Position numbers and translations under genes: made by a program. From the NCBI GenBank assembly GCA_951406725.2, contig OX597815.1, forward strand, positions 138,446,001 through 138,510,000: 64,000 nt of DNA, in the 5' to 3' direction. This stretch comes from Octopus vulgaris. Its lineage: Eukaryota. The notes under the pieces are model-generated. The model had not been told where the DNA came from. It saw nothing but the letters and a program-made list of their open reading frames with translations, and made no database searches. Shown here one piece after another: positions 13,517 to 27,599 of this stretch (positions are counted from its first letter, which is position 1; every line of letters begins with the position of its first letter).

Positions 13517-13782
13517 CACACACATACGGTTGCTCACACACACACATCACAAGGTCAATTTAAACAACACAAACATACACAGGCACCCACAGACGTACAC
13601 ATACACATGCGCGAACAAACGCATACACACATGTGCACACACAACACCCTAACAAATATTATTCACACACATACAAACGTGCACACATATACACACATCA
13701 TCCTACCAAATATAAATCACACACAGACCCACGCCACAACAAACTCTGGGACCAATCAAAAACAGGCTACACACACAAGCAC

Positions 13783-13835
<53 letters not shown>

Positions 13836-14293
13836 GAGACGTGCACAGAGATACACACACTCACACCATTCTGACCTCAAAGACCTGTTCCCCAAACCAC
13901 TGAACCATGACAGGATGGCCCAGAAACAAAAAAAATCTTTTAAATTCCACATTGCTCTTCCTTCCCCCACCTTCCCAACCCCCACACTGTCTCTTAAAAT
14001 AGTAAACATTCCTTAGCTACGTACAAGATAGAAAAAATGCCAAAAAAGACAGGTCGGTTCCTCTCCAATTTTTTGTAAATTCTTAAATATATCTCCTTCT
14101 GTCTATATATATACTACCAAACAAACATGATTTTTATTGAACTCCTAATACTTTTTGCTGAATACTTTCTTAAATACGTTCTTGTAAACTGTTTTTAACA
14201 TTTTCTTATTATTATCAAAGAATGTATACATGTATTTTAATACTTTTGGGACAACCAGTACTTAACACAACAAAGTTTATTCAAAGCTTTACA

Positions 14294-14343
14294 ATTTACT
14301 TTTGACAATCTTTTTCTAAAAAAGTGAAACCGGTCAAGTGAAT
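14294..14343 (+). ncRNA. type I hammerhead ribozyme, U3-A8 core variant
   Basis: ATTTACTT-TTGACAA-tctttttctaaaaaagt-GAAAC-CG-GTC-AAGTGAAT. Stem I is 8 bp (one GU); stem III is palindromic (ACCGGT); predicted cut after C14335. Confidence 0.65.
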
Positions 14344-14422
14344 AAACATCTTCAAAATTGCATTTTCAAACCTTCTTTCATATATATTTCCACTCGTGTG
14401 GTATCTTACAACTTTACTTTGT

Positions 14423-14468
<46 letters not shown>

Positions 14469-15431
14469 TATATATGTAATATATTTCTAAATATCATATT
14501 TATCTATGTCTATGCTTAAGTCGGTGTCTCTCCATCACACATACACATACACACATTCATAATTTACTAATCTGCATGTTTTCTGCTTAATCAAACACAG
14601 AAAGTAATCATATTAAGAGAGCACATAATTTAAGTAGAGTGTGAAATTTATTTATACGTTCAATAGAAAGATTCATAGTGTCAGCAAAATATTGACGGTA
14701 ATTGACTTGGTTAGAGCGTGACTTACGTCATTGTACATACTGGCTTGTTATGTATTTGCAGATGTCGGCTTGAGTCCATCTTGTGCGTTATGTACTGTAA
14801 TCTATATGTCATGTTGGTGTGACTTATAATTTATTGGAGATTTAATACATGCAAATTTAAATTGAGAAGCATATATTATTTTAAATAGAAGTCAGAATTT
14901 GTACGAAAAAAAAGGACGAGAAAGATAAGAAAAATACGATGATAATGAAGACGGCGACAACGAGAGGATTATAAGACAGCGAAAAAGTGCAAATTACTGA
15001 GAATTCGATTAAAATATTTTAAAAAGTTGAAATAAGAAGTGAGGGCGAAGAAAATTTGATTGAGGATTTCAAGGTGAATTTCAAATACCATATAAAAAAA
15101 TGATACAGTTCCTTTAAAGTATTGCGGAATAAGTAAGTAATAAATTTGTGTTGCATTGAAGAAAAAAAAATAGTTAGTTAGTTAATTTTTGGCCCAAAAA
15201 GCAAAAAGCAAGGCCATGTAGGGGGACAATTAAGATCTGAAGATCTCGTATATTTTCTCTGTCAAAAAGGAAACGTTTTGCACTGTCACACAAGGTACGT
15301 AGAATGCGGGAATGCACGAACACTTCAGCAATAACGAACTATAAAAGAAGGTTACAGAAATCACGGCAACCCAGTCTGAGTCCCGAATCTACAGCATCTG
15401 GAAACATTATCTGCGACATCGTAGGCACCGT

Positions 15432-15495
<64 letters not shown>

Positions 15496-16210
15496 TATTT
15501 GTGCACAGGATATCACCAACTGTGTAAAAACATGAAATACTTAGACAAATGAGTTAAATAGGTAAACAACGAGAGAAAAAATGGAAAACAGAAGTAAACG
15601 CTATTATTTATAGCTTTATGTACATGCAGTTTCACCATTAAAATTTCGAAATTTCTGAAATACTTTTAATTTCTTAAATATTTTTTAACACACACACACA
15701 CACACACACACACGCATGTGTATGTGTGTACGCATGTGCACGTATGTATACAGTTGAATGTTATAAAGCAAGTAAATGAAAACTAATGTAACAGACCACT
15801 TCAGTGTATCATTGCCAGCACTTGTAAGCAGACATCCTCATAATATTTTTTAAATATTTCATTAAATAATTGACAAAATAAATTTGTTAAAAGATTTCAT
15901 TAAATAACTGAGGAAAAGTAATATTTTTCATCTAGAATAATTTAAAGCAAAGTTTTTTTTTAACACTAATATCAGCCAGCTATTTATTTACTGAAATTGT
16001 TATAAAGAAGTAAGACAGGAGATGAATTTTACTCATAACGTTTAGAATAGAATTCAATATGAAGCATTCACTCAAGTGGTTGTTTGCAACAAACTGCTTC
16101 ACTTCACCATACCTAGGAATTGGTTATTAGATGCATGTAGATAGATGGAAAGCAGGCACTAGAATTCCTCCTAATTACACATAGATCGGAATTTAGAGAT
16201 AATTGTTGTA

Positions 16211-16381
16211 TTGATTTCAAACTTTGGTCCAGGGTGCGGGGAAAAGTTGATTACATCGACCCAAATGTTCAACTGCTACAGATTTTATCGACCCCGAAAG
16301 GATGAAAGGCAATGTTAATCGCAGCGGAATTTGAGCTCAGAACGTAAGGATAGACGAAATTCCTCTAAGCATTTTGCCGCC
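16211..16381 (-). mobile_element. SINE family C (diverged)
   Basis: The reverse complement reads ggcggcaaaatgcttagagg..ttctgagctcaaattccgc..gcctttcatcctttcggggtcgataaaa. A related head lies at 61002. Confidence 0.7.
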
Positions 16382-17239
16382 TTGTAAAATGTATAAATAT
16401 TACTGTAAATATACATAGGTAATTTTTCCCAACACGTTACTGTTTGATAATAGAGAAACATTTACTTCCACCTGGTACAAAAGAAGGCTGCAATAGTGTA
16501 TTTTGTCGACGGTTTTGATACAGACATATGATTGACTGATAGGCTTTGCAGTGAAATGCACCTTAAAAGTCTCAGTGTTCTTTCCGAATTGGAATGTACT
16601 GTAATCCTGACAAAAAGACATTAGAGGAATTTTGAGCTTAAACGATGCCACACATTCCAGAAATCATATACAGTGCTTAAATCGCCCAAGAAAGATTTTG
16701 CAACAAACTATTTACGTGAAGATTATTCAATTTTGAAACCACTGCCATCATCACCATTATTTTTCCACCATCCCTTTTATACTCCAGTATTTCTGAATGA
16801 ATGTGTAGAGAAACAAAAAGTAAGATTGAATACAAATAGAAAGAGAAACTAGAGCATAAAGTTTGACGTCATAGAATCGTACTGTCACCATCATTACTAG
16901 TATACTTCAATATCCCCAAGTCTGTATCTTCATGCGTGTTTCTCATCGTTTATCTGCTTTCAGTCTCACTATTCCTGCGAGAGACGGTGAGAAAAATAGA
17001 GAGCAAAAGAGTAAAAGTGTTACTATAAGTGTACTTTTGAATATTTATGCATGACTTTATATATTATGTACATGCATGAGTACATATATTTGTATATGTG
17101 TATTATAAATCAAAAACATTTATAGATTTGTAGATAAAAATCAAAGAATTGGTATTGAAGTAGAAAGGTGTTAATATTTATTTTGGGAAAAGATAGCGTT
17201 TAGATATGTATACTAACACATATTCAAATATATATACTT

Positions 17240-18660
17240 CCAGAAGGAAAACTAAGGCACGCAGATGTAGTCGGAGCGACGCAAGACGCAAGAGCCGGCC
17301 TAGAGTCGCACAATTTCAGGCCATTTTGCAAGAGAAGTATAAAAGAGATGAAAGAGGCAGTGGTATACGAAGTGAGAAAGGAGGAAGAAGAAAGGCGAAA
17401 TGTACATTTGGTGCAATGTAGTCAACAGGGACAATGCCTGAGATTGGAGAAATATGTGATCAGCTGCAGAATATCATGGAAGGAACTTTGGGCTTGGGAA
17501 CAAGCAAGAACATCCTTCCTGATCAAGTCTACCTTCGATGTTCTACTCTCACCGACGAACTTAGTCCGGTGGAACATAACAACAACCGATGAGTGTAGAT
17601 GTGGAGAGAAAGCGACGGTTAGACATGTTCTGTCAAATCGCAGACTAGCACTAGAAAGATATACATGGCGGCATAATCCAGTCCTCGGCGTCATAAGCGC
17701 AGCACTCAAGGAGAAGATCGAGAGGTGCAATAGGGGAGAGTACCCAAAAGTGGAAAAGCGCAGGAAAGTATACTTCCAGAAGGAGGGAAAATGAGGCCTA
17801 CAAATAAAATATACGAGATAGACGAAAGATGGAAGGCATACTGCGAGGTGGCCAGGGATTTGGAAAGACTAGTAATATTTCCACTAATAAGAACGACAAT
17901 AAGACCAGATTTAGTTCTATGGGACAGAAAACAGAGAATAGGGATTTTGCTAGAACTGACAGTGCCATGGAAAGAAAACATCGGCAATGCAGAGAAACGA
18001 AAGAAGAGGTACGAAAAACTAATCGAAGAGTGCAGAGAACAGGGATGTAATGTCGAGTATTACCACCTGGCAGTGGGGGCTAGGGGCTTTATTGAAAGAA
18101 AAATGACAACGCTATTCAAAAGAAGATTTGTTTTTTTCTAGCTCAGAGCTGAGAAAACTAATAAAGAGAATACAGGAGGCGGTCGAAAAAGCCAGCTTCT
18201 ATATATGGCTGAAGCGGAAAGACCAAAAATGGCTTGAAAGTCATAACATGCCGGCGGAAAATAACATTACTAGGTAAGACAAGCTGACACTGAATTAGCT
18301 TCGCTGACTGACAGATGACGGTATCGTTTAAAGAATGCGTATGCTGAGACTACGAGCCTTCATTGGTCACGTGACAACTTGCTGGGGCTGCCTGCTGGGA
18401 CCTAGCAGCAGGCATTTAAAGGGAAAACATTTAACAAGACAGTCAGTCACCCGCTGACACTCGTTGACGCTACATCGAAGAAAGAAGTAGAAAGAAGACA
18501 TGTACCCAACACCAGAGCTGTAGACACCTCCGAAGGGGGGGGGGGCACCACGTCAAAATGGTAGAGGAGTAGGGGCCGAAACGAGACGTGGTTCCTCCTG
18601 ATGATGTCTTGAGCTAACTGGATCCTATAATGCAGCTGTTGTGGTATACAGACCACGAAA
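17240..18660 (+). mobile_element. 5'-truncated RLE-type non-LTR retrotransposon (HERO-like), frameshifted
   Basis: LRHADVVGATQDARAGL, SWKELW..FLIKSTFDVLLSPTNLVRW, CRCGEKATVRHVLS (decayed CCHC), RYTWRHN.VL, RPDLVLW..LLELTVPW, VGARGF. The ORF ends near 18246; the 3' boundary is approximate. Confidence 0.85.
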
Positions 18661-19748
18661 CATGGTTAAAATTCCTCCTCGATACCTTAGGATTTGCTTC
18701 ATACATTCATTAGAATATTTTAATCTGTCAAAAGGCATGTTCTCAACAATAATTTCTACTGTCTCTATTATGGATATCGTCATAAATCACCAACAACAGA
18801 TTATTTGTAACGTCATTATACTCTACATTAAATTTGCATTCTAAAATATCGATTCACAGAGCTATGTCAACAGCCTTCTTGTTAATCAGAAAAAAGAGAA
18901 AATATTTATAGATATCCAAAATGAAAAGAGGATTATAAACACGATGTTTCCTCGACTATGATGGCTTTTGTATTTAAAAGCCATTTTATTTCATTACATT
19001 TTTGTGGCTTCTTCTGAAAACATCTCTAATCAGAAATTCAGAAAGAGCAGGTTTGTTTGCCTGAAGTGTAAGTGCAAGTTCGACAATTTTCCTATGTTAT
19101 CTGCCATTCACGTGTATTTACACAATTTTCTCTTTCATCCGTTTGAATATTCACAAATATAGAATCTTAAACTATACATTTGTACTAGTATTTTTGTAAC
19201 CTAGAATCAATATTACATGAAATGGAAGTAATTTTTAAGCATATTTTGTATCTTTCGGATTGTTATAATGTACTTTAAACATATGATTTCAGTAAACATT
19301 TCATCTATTTAGGTTTTAGGGGGAAAAGACCCTATTAAATTATTGCACTTAGTAATTTACTTAAAGTTTGTTTTATTGGTGTATTTCATGACCCAACTAA
19401 ATATGTCCACTCAGAAATAAATGAACAAACCGTCCAATTGCAGCATGTGATTGTACAAGAAGTGGCAATTGTAAATTAATGTTCTAGATACCGAATGAAG
19501 AAATGCTTAATTAGTATTATTTAAGTATAAGTTTCTCCAATTAAGAGTAAATCATGCACTATAGAATTTTAAACCAGAGAGACTGGAACTGTCAACAGTT
19601 AAACATTGAATGTTTAGACATTCAATAAAATGAAAGTGTCTCTCATAAATTGAAAAGTAAGTTTGATAACACTTGTTACAGGAAATGCTAAATAACTTTA
19701 AACCTCCAAACAAGAAGTTCCATACCGTAATGTAACAGGCAGGGTATA

Positions 19749-19849
<101 letters not shown>

Positions 19850-20258
19850 TATATATATATATATATATGTGAGTGTGTGTGTGTATAAAACAAGTTGAAA
19901 TAATGGTCAATTCCTTTATCACACCAAATTTAGCTTATAGCAGTTTCCAGTAGTCATTATATATAGGTTTACCCAATTGGCCTATTGATTAATTGAGGTA
20001 GATTGAAAGACTCAAGAAATTTAATGATACCTTCGTCAGAACTATTACTAGAAATAACAAACAGAGCACTGAAGCCAATGCATGGATTTACAACATAGAG
20101 TTATGATGAACAATAATTTGAACCCTACCAAAAGATTACTTGGTGTTCTTCACTAATCTTGGTGTTCTTCACTAATCTAAGTAATATTGTTAGCCTGGTA
20201 TGCCAACAGAGAGCTTACGAAGTATTTTGACCGGATCGATAATTCCTCACTATATATA

Positions 20259-20421
20259 TATTGGGTTGGCAACTAATTTCTCGCCGTTTTTTTAAAATTT
20301 AAATTTTTAAAATGGTTTAATAAAAAATAATAACTAATTAATCAATAATGTATTCACCCTTGTTGTTTACAACTTCTTCCCAACGTTCAACAAGATTTTC
20401 AATACCTCGTTGGTAGAAATC
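20259..20421 (-). mobile_element. mariner transposon 3' end (TIR plus transposase C-terminus)
   Basis: TA followed by the TIR TTGGGTTGGCAACTAA at 20261. The minus strand 20421-20338 reads DFYQRGIENLVERWEEVVNNKGEYIID*. Confidence 0.85.
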
Positions 20422-22773
20422 ACATAACACAGGTAGTCAGTAGCTGCTCAGAATGGCATCGAAGTTACCATCTACGATATGATATTTTTGCTATAATAAT
20501 ATGCAATGTCATTCGCAGAAAAGCCTTCCCATGTACAAATATAAATATGTATAATAGAATACATACATACGTGCACAAGAAATATTTTTGGACTACTCCC
20601 ATAAAAATTCCTACCAAGTGCAAACATAACCGGCCTGCCATAGTTATTTGGGACAAAAGAAATGCTATGTAAAGTAGCAGGGGCTAGTTGCCATGCATAT
20701 ATAAATATTCCTTCTAAAATCAGCAGGAAGGAGACAACTCCTTGGTGATTTAAAACTGTCCTACCCTGGTTATAAATTTAACATGTATATGAAGCTATCA
20801 TTATTGCAATTGATTATGTTAATAAATTTCTACGTCACAATCTGAAGAAGCTGGGATTTTCAAGTAAAGAAAGAAACTAGTTAACACGAACTTTGATATA
20901 GCCTGTTAGTGGAAAGTAAAAATATGCAAGCTTTTTTAAAATTTCCATATTTAAAATGATTATTAATTATCATCCAAATTCTAATGATGGAGTATTTGTT
21001 TCTTTGTTAGGAATCATCTCCCATCTTCTAAAATGAATACTGATAAATAAAAAAAAAAAGAGAAAAAAGATATACACACACGTTTTTCTCACAGGTATAA
21101 CACTGTATGACAGAAATACAAACACAAAAATGTCAACTATACATTTGCTATTATAGTACTCCATTCACTCAGTCAGTTCTGACGTCGTAAATTCAATAAC
21201 GCTCAGTAATCAATTTCTTCAACCAAACTAAGCAAAACGACAAAATATTTAATAGTTTAAGATAAGTAAATCTGAATTGTCCTGATAAATAGCGCATTTC
21301 GTTATTATATACTCCAGTCGCCTGTAAAATTTGGCTTCACTTTTGAAATAAATACAAATTATTTCAGGGCCTCTTCTTTATTATCGTATGAAATAAAATT
21401 GTATGCATTCCTAAATTGATTTAAAAAAAGTGAGACACTATTAATATCAATAGCTTACTATATTAGTAAATTTAGCGTGAGATTTTCGAAAATGCACAAA
21501 TAAAACATCAAAATACGACTTTTTGTTCTCAGAGAAATCTATAAAGCTTTAAAATATTCAATGGTTTAGACTTACTTTTTATGAGCCAGCTATACAAAAT
21601 ACGCTGTACGTGGTTTTCTATTAAGGAGGATAGAAGGCATTAACACCGATGGAAATTTATTGTACGCTTAACTCATTGATTGAATAATGCTGAAAATTTA
21701 TTGATATGTATCATTGAACAGTTTAGTCATAAAGTGATCGATATTTTAAAAACTGTTATAAAACTTGGTTTATGTTTGCATTTTAATTGTATTTCTCTAA
21801 ACGTAGTTAGGAAATTAAATTAAATATTGGGTGACTGAAAGCAATATCATGACATTTAATTTGATAATATCGGGTGATATACTGAAGAGAAAATTGATTC
21901 TGAAAAATAAACAACCGTTATAGAATGCAGTGAAAATATAGAAAAATGGGGAAAATTTAATAAATAAATTAGCAAAAATATCTCTTTATTAAACTAGGTC
22001 TCAGTACAACCAAGGTTTAAAGCAACTTTCCTAATTGTGACCTTTAATATCAACTCAAATTAATTTGAAGCAATGATCTATCTCATTGATTTGGTTGAGA
22101 AAGTTCATCCAAACCACACCTTACTCTCTGAAAATGACATTATGGTCATGAATAGATGTTTTTGATCTTAAATACATTCGGTCATGGCTGACCTGTATTT
22201 AAAGCTATTGTTGAGATTTTTGCTGTTTAACATTAGGGCAGTCCCAATAGAAAAAGATGTTACAGTTAGAACCATCCTATCTTGTTGTATAAAATGTGTA
22301 GAACTACTTAATATAGTATATCCTTCCTGTTTTCGGACTAAATTGTGTAATTTAAGGAAATGTTTTGCCATTTATAACAAATAAAGCCAAACTATAAAGA
22401 ATGTCTTGCTGACCTGTGAATAATACAGAAAAGTAAGGGTGAACAATTGAAGAGACTCAGCTTGGGATGCTCTAGCACTTTTACCAAAATTCGGTAAAAG
22501 GCAGAGGTATGTTTCTCTGGCTGGAACTGGGATTTTGTGTTGAAAATAATTGTTTTACTTTTGAATAGTATTTTTAGATAAGAACGAGTGATTAAATTAC
22601 ATTTATCATGTTATGATGAATGCATTAAATTTTGATGTGAGCTATTAGTTAAAGCCTGTTAGTAATTAAATAATTGTCAATCAGTTTAATGATTTTGTAA
22701 GTGACTGACAAATTTTCCTCAAGTCTGAAAAGAAAGATATACTGCATATTTTAGTCTTGTATATTCTAGATAG

Positions 22774-22875
22774 GATGGTCCTGGTGGTGAAAACTCCAGC
22801 AGGGTTGCCTTTGGGATAAACAGTGATAGTATCAAAAATAACTTTAATCATAGACAAGAATCGAACAGGATACAT
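22774..22875 (+). other. candidate internal coding exon (102 bp, phase 0-0)
   Basis: ttctagatag|GAT...CAT|gtaagt, with open frame DGPGGENSSRVAFGINSDSIKNNFNHRQESNRIH. No recognisable domain. Confidence 0.3.
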
Positions 22876-24026
22876 GTAAGTAGTATTCCAGTGTGTACTC
22901 GAGACTTTCTTCAGTATGCGTGAAGCTAAGACATTGTGGAATTTGTATGTAAATGTAGATAAATATCATCGTTCACTTGTCATTACGTTATAAAACCTAA
23001 CCATACTCACACTTATCGTTTGACGCATGCAAGGCAGCTTGATGCCTGGCTAGCCATACATTTATGAGCAGAATACAGGAAAAAACGTTAACACAATCAA
23101 AGAAAGTCCTGCACATCAACATCCGTTCACAAAACCTGCATACAGTTAAAACTCAATATTTAAAAAAACTTTCTGAAGTGAAATCTGTGATGACTTTTTA
23201 TTACGATTACACGTAGATAACTTTAGTTAAAAATCAGTTAAAAAGACAAAAATCTACGTTGGATTAATGCTTACCAAAGTGGGATTGTGCTGCTGTTACA
23301 AGTAACAATGTAGAGCACATGTAAAAGAACGTAATGAAACTGATTGAGAAAACTCTGGATACAAGGACGCTTTTTGCCCTATCTCTCATTGATCACTATT
23401 GTGACATCTTTCCCTATGAAATTATTGGCTGCTACATTTCCATTCACCCTAACCCTTAAACCTACTTTCCCATCTTCTCATATTTTCTTTTTTTGCTTAA
23501 CCACAGCCAACACTAAGGTCTTTAATTAATCATTCATGTTTAAGAATGAAGCTTTCTGGAAGGCGTGCAAATTCCCGAAAAAATGCCCACTTCCTATGGC
23601 ATAAAGAAGATGCTTATCGTTAGATAAACATTTACGAACATTAATCCTCTTGCAAGAAGTGACATTAACCATTATTTAAACTACTTTACACTTTATAGCA
23701 TCTCTAAACTTTTATAAGATCATTAGTTGTTATTCTACTTTTAGGTGCTGCACCGTTTCTTCGTGTTGGTTGAAATTACACTTGCACTCTGATTTTTATG
23801 ACTAAAGTTACGTGCAATTTGCTGTATTGGTAGCGAGATTATAAGGTTATTGCTTTGAGTATGTAGGGGTTACTCCATATTTGCTTTCTCCACTCTTTTT
23901 AAATATTGCTGTAAATCTTAGCTTTACCTTTCCTCATAGTGACACTTTAATTCTCGTAATCATTACTATTATTATTATAATTTAAATCCAATTCAAACTA
24001 CCACTACCAAAACCACCAACACTTTT

Positions 24027-24140
24027 CATCATCATCATCATCATCATCATCGTCGTTGTCGATGACGTCATCGTCATCATCATCATCATTATCATCATTT
24101 CACTCTTAGTTGTTCAGTTGTTGTTGCTGCTGTTGCTGCA

Positions 24141-24202
<62 letters not shown>
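24027..24202. repeat. (CAT)n, (GTT/GCT)n and (TAC)n trinucleotide tracts
   Basis: Seen directly. Confidence 0.9.
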
Positions 24203-24205
<3 letters not shown>

Positions 24206-26477
24206 AGTCTCGTAGTTGATTTAATGCTCCAAGAAATATCTGAAACGAAAGCAAAAAAGAAAATTTCCATTGCAATTAATTTGAAAGTTCAAAACATTCA
24301 TGTGAACCTTTTATTGCAACATTATTTGCACATCTGTGTCCGTGGGCCACACATCGTGTAGTTTGTTTAATCCTCATGTTTCAACTATCATAATGGAGCA
24401 CGAGATTCATTAACATATATTAGCATTATCTTTTGGCGAAATAGAAACAGTATTTGGGTTACATTTGTTTTATTGCTTTTGTTGTATGGTTCTGATGTTA
24501 ACCCTCTTTCATGTGATGTCTTTCATAGTATAACGAAGAGAAGGATTCTGATGAACATCGGTGTGCAGTACAACTATTTCTTATTTTGTCCTGTAATTAA
24601 AATGGTGTCTGTATGAAATAAAGTCAATTAGATAACTGCAAGCGGCTATACAGGCCATTCGAATATCTCTTGAGCACGTCCAAGAATATCTTGGTAAAGA
24701 TACGTCCTCCACCAAGAAATATATGTCATAGGATATTTCTGTATTAATCACAGATACATTTTCTGATATTGTTCTTAATAGTTAGCCAGGGAGAGAAGTA
24801 CAGGGTCTGTAACTGTCTAATTTGTCAGAGCTTCCGAGATTGATGGGAAATCATCCTAAAACCGGACTCATGGAACAAATGCTTGTAACAGAGAGAGCAC
24901 CGCTAAAAGCACCTGAAAGCCAAGTATGGCGTTAAAGAAAATTAACTGGATTGGTATAAAGAAAATACTTATTAATAGAAAATGTTTAGACTGAAATATT
25001 CAAAAACAGTGCTAATAGCAGAATTCAGAACCTATGGCAGAAAACCTTTTTGAATAAAACAATTATTAACGTGAAAAGGATATGGGTACTTTTGTGGAAA
25101 ATATGCTACAAAAAAGATATTCATGGAGAATATTACATTATTGCCTTAGAAAAACTACTGAAACGGAGTACTTATTTTCTGGTCAACAAAACTATAGGTT
25201 TTGCAATGAAAATATTTCTTGAAGTACAGTAAAATACATTGAGTGTCAGTAGGTATCATGCTAGGTCTTCATCTTTTAATCAGTGAACAGCAAATTAAAC
25301 AGTTTTTCATATCTCCCATTCAACGATAGATACGTGGTCCTTGTTCCATTAATTTGTCCAACATTGTTGCTAAAAACATTAATATCATTTTGTGTAGTTA
25401 TCAATATATTTTCAAGAATGGTGGTGAACTGGTCGAATGAGTAGAGCATCGGACAAAATATTTTGTCAAAGTGCGAATTACATCGAGCTAGACTTTGACG
25501 AATATGAATATCAATCAAATACTGTAGGACATATTATAGATACGAAACCCATCTTTTTACACACATATATACACTCATTCACACACACATCACATACACA
25601 CTCATCACTCATTCACACACACATGCACACTCACACACATGTGAACACACTCAGGGCGTAATCTTGTGCTACACCATATGTATGTGTACGTTAAAAATCA
25701 ATATTTATTCGCTTATGTTTGAGATCGTTTATACCTTCCATTACTCTATCAATTATAGCAAACCAATATTGTTATACAGGATAATATCAAACATGGGAAA
25801 TGAGTACAAAAATAAGTAATGGAGAATTGGTAAACAGAGAAAGACAAAGCAACAAAATATTTATATAGATTCTGTAAACATTTGAGGCAGAAGTTGAAAT
25901 ATATTATTGATACATTAAAAAATTTCATAACATCAATCGGTACGAAAACCTTCACGGATTCGTTTTCTATCGGTAAATAATCTTATTATCAATGAATTAA
26001 ATATATTTCCATAATATTCAATGTAGTTGATTAAAATGGTTTTGGAGTTCTACCCAACACTCTTCATTTTTGGTATTCTGAAGTTCAATAGAAGTATCAA
26101 CAAATGTCAATAAAACGATGAAATAATGTAGATATGATAGCAGGAAATTAAGCACGACTTTGTAGAATTCAATATAAAACATATAAGCTCAATTCCATTA
26201 CCTTACTTTATGGGAGTTGGTGGTGGATTAATACAATCGGATTTTGGTTGCAAATTTTTACGCCTTGTGTTCAAATATCATCACGCCTTGTGTTCAAATA
26301 TCATCAATGTCAATTTAGCGTTTCATTCTTCCAGAGTCGATGAATCAAAGTGTAGTATGATAGAGAACTAAGCTTTATCTTTCAACCGCAAAATGTGGAT
26401 TTCTGTATCAATATAACCAATACTGCATCAAATTCTTAAACAAATCGAACCTAATGTAGCATCGAAACACGTATATA

Positions 26478-26536
<59 letters not shown>

Positions 26537-26665
26537 ATAATAAATTTAGCAAATGTGAGCACATTACTACGAAATCGTTACAATGTTCCTACTTCCATGA
26601 AATTGTTTTAGAATCAAGAATTTGATTTTCATTCAAATTATTTGCTAAACAAAGCCAACTAAATG

Positions 26666-26723
<58 letters not shown>

Positions 26724-27599
26724 CGTGTGTGTGTTTGTGTGCGTATGTGTATGGGCTTGTTTCTGTGCACTATATGCGTAGTGTATCACCTGATTACAGC
26801 TGCTGGAAGGCATTTTGCAAACATAAATAAAACTAGATCTAGAATATTGAAATCGTAGCTGCATTATAAGGTGAGAAGTGATAATAGAATATCTGAACTG
26901 TCTGTAAGGCAATGTAGCAATGAGGCTGTTCCAAATTACTTGGAAAACTTAATTAAAAATATACTAACAAGAAACGAAAGGGGAAGTGGCATCTTAATTT
27001 ATTAGTAATTCAAAGTGTGTGAAGCTCACTTCAGATGATATTGGTGAGTAATACTTCAAGACATCAAAATTAGTTATGAAGAGTCACAATCAATAGTATT
27101 CATCAGCAATTAAAATCACGTTTGCTATTATTTCTTCTGCAAATAAAAGTGAAGATGCTCCTTAGAAGCAATTAATTTTGTTAGTTCTAGGCATTTCACT
27201 AATTTAACTCGAAGGAAAAAAAGTTACTCAAAATAATGAAATAGCTGAAATAACTAATTACTTGGAGGAAGACACAGGATTAAAAAAAAAGATGGGATCA
27301 AATCTAATTATTTGTAGTGGTTTCTTCTGTAATGAACACATTTATAACGAAATATGTTTTATATTGTTTCTAAACAATGTTTCTGTACAGAAAATAAGTT
27401 TCTGATTCGTTTAATGGCTTGTTAATATATTTGATTAACGTTATTAAGATTTGTACAGCAATATTTGCCATTAACTATAAGCAGACTGCGCACTAAAGAT
27501 AGCTAAAACAGTCGTAAAATAGATTATAGTCGTTAACCCAAGCCTAACCGTAGTATATATAAAAAGTTGTTTTATGCTATCCATCAGAAGGAAGGGAAT

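Noticed and set aside
18362-18376. CCAAT plus GTCACGTGAC E-box (similar at 59009-59023)
   Set aside because: Short motifs in or near transposon sequence, with no promoter evidence.
21880-21920. CTGAAGA..GAAA motif
   Set aside because: No stem III or stem I pairing; expected by chance in AT-rich DNA.
26269-26305. Short direct duplications (also at 20139 and 29564)
   Set aside because: Ordinary slippage duplications, one within a decayed SINE.
27480-27592. Possible hammerhead downstream of the minus-strand PLE (CTGATGG-ATAGC...GCTATC..TGCGCAGTC)
   Set aside because: GAAA and stem I are missing.
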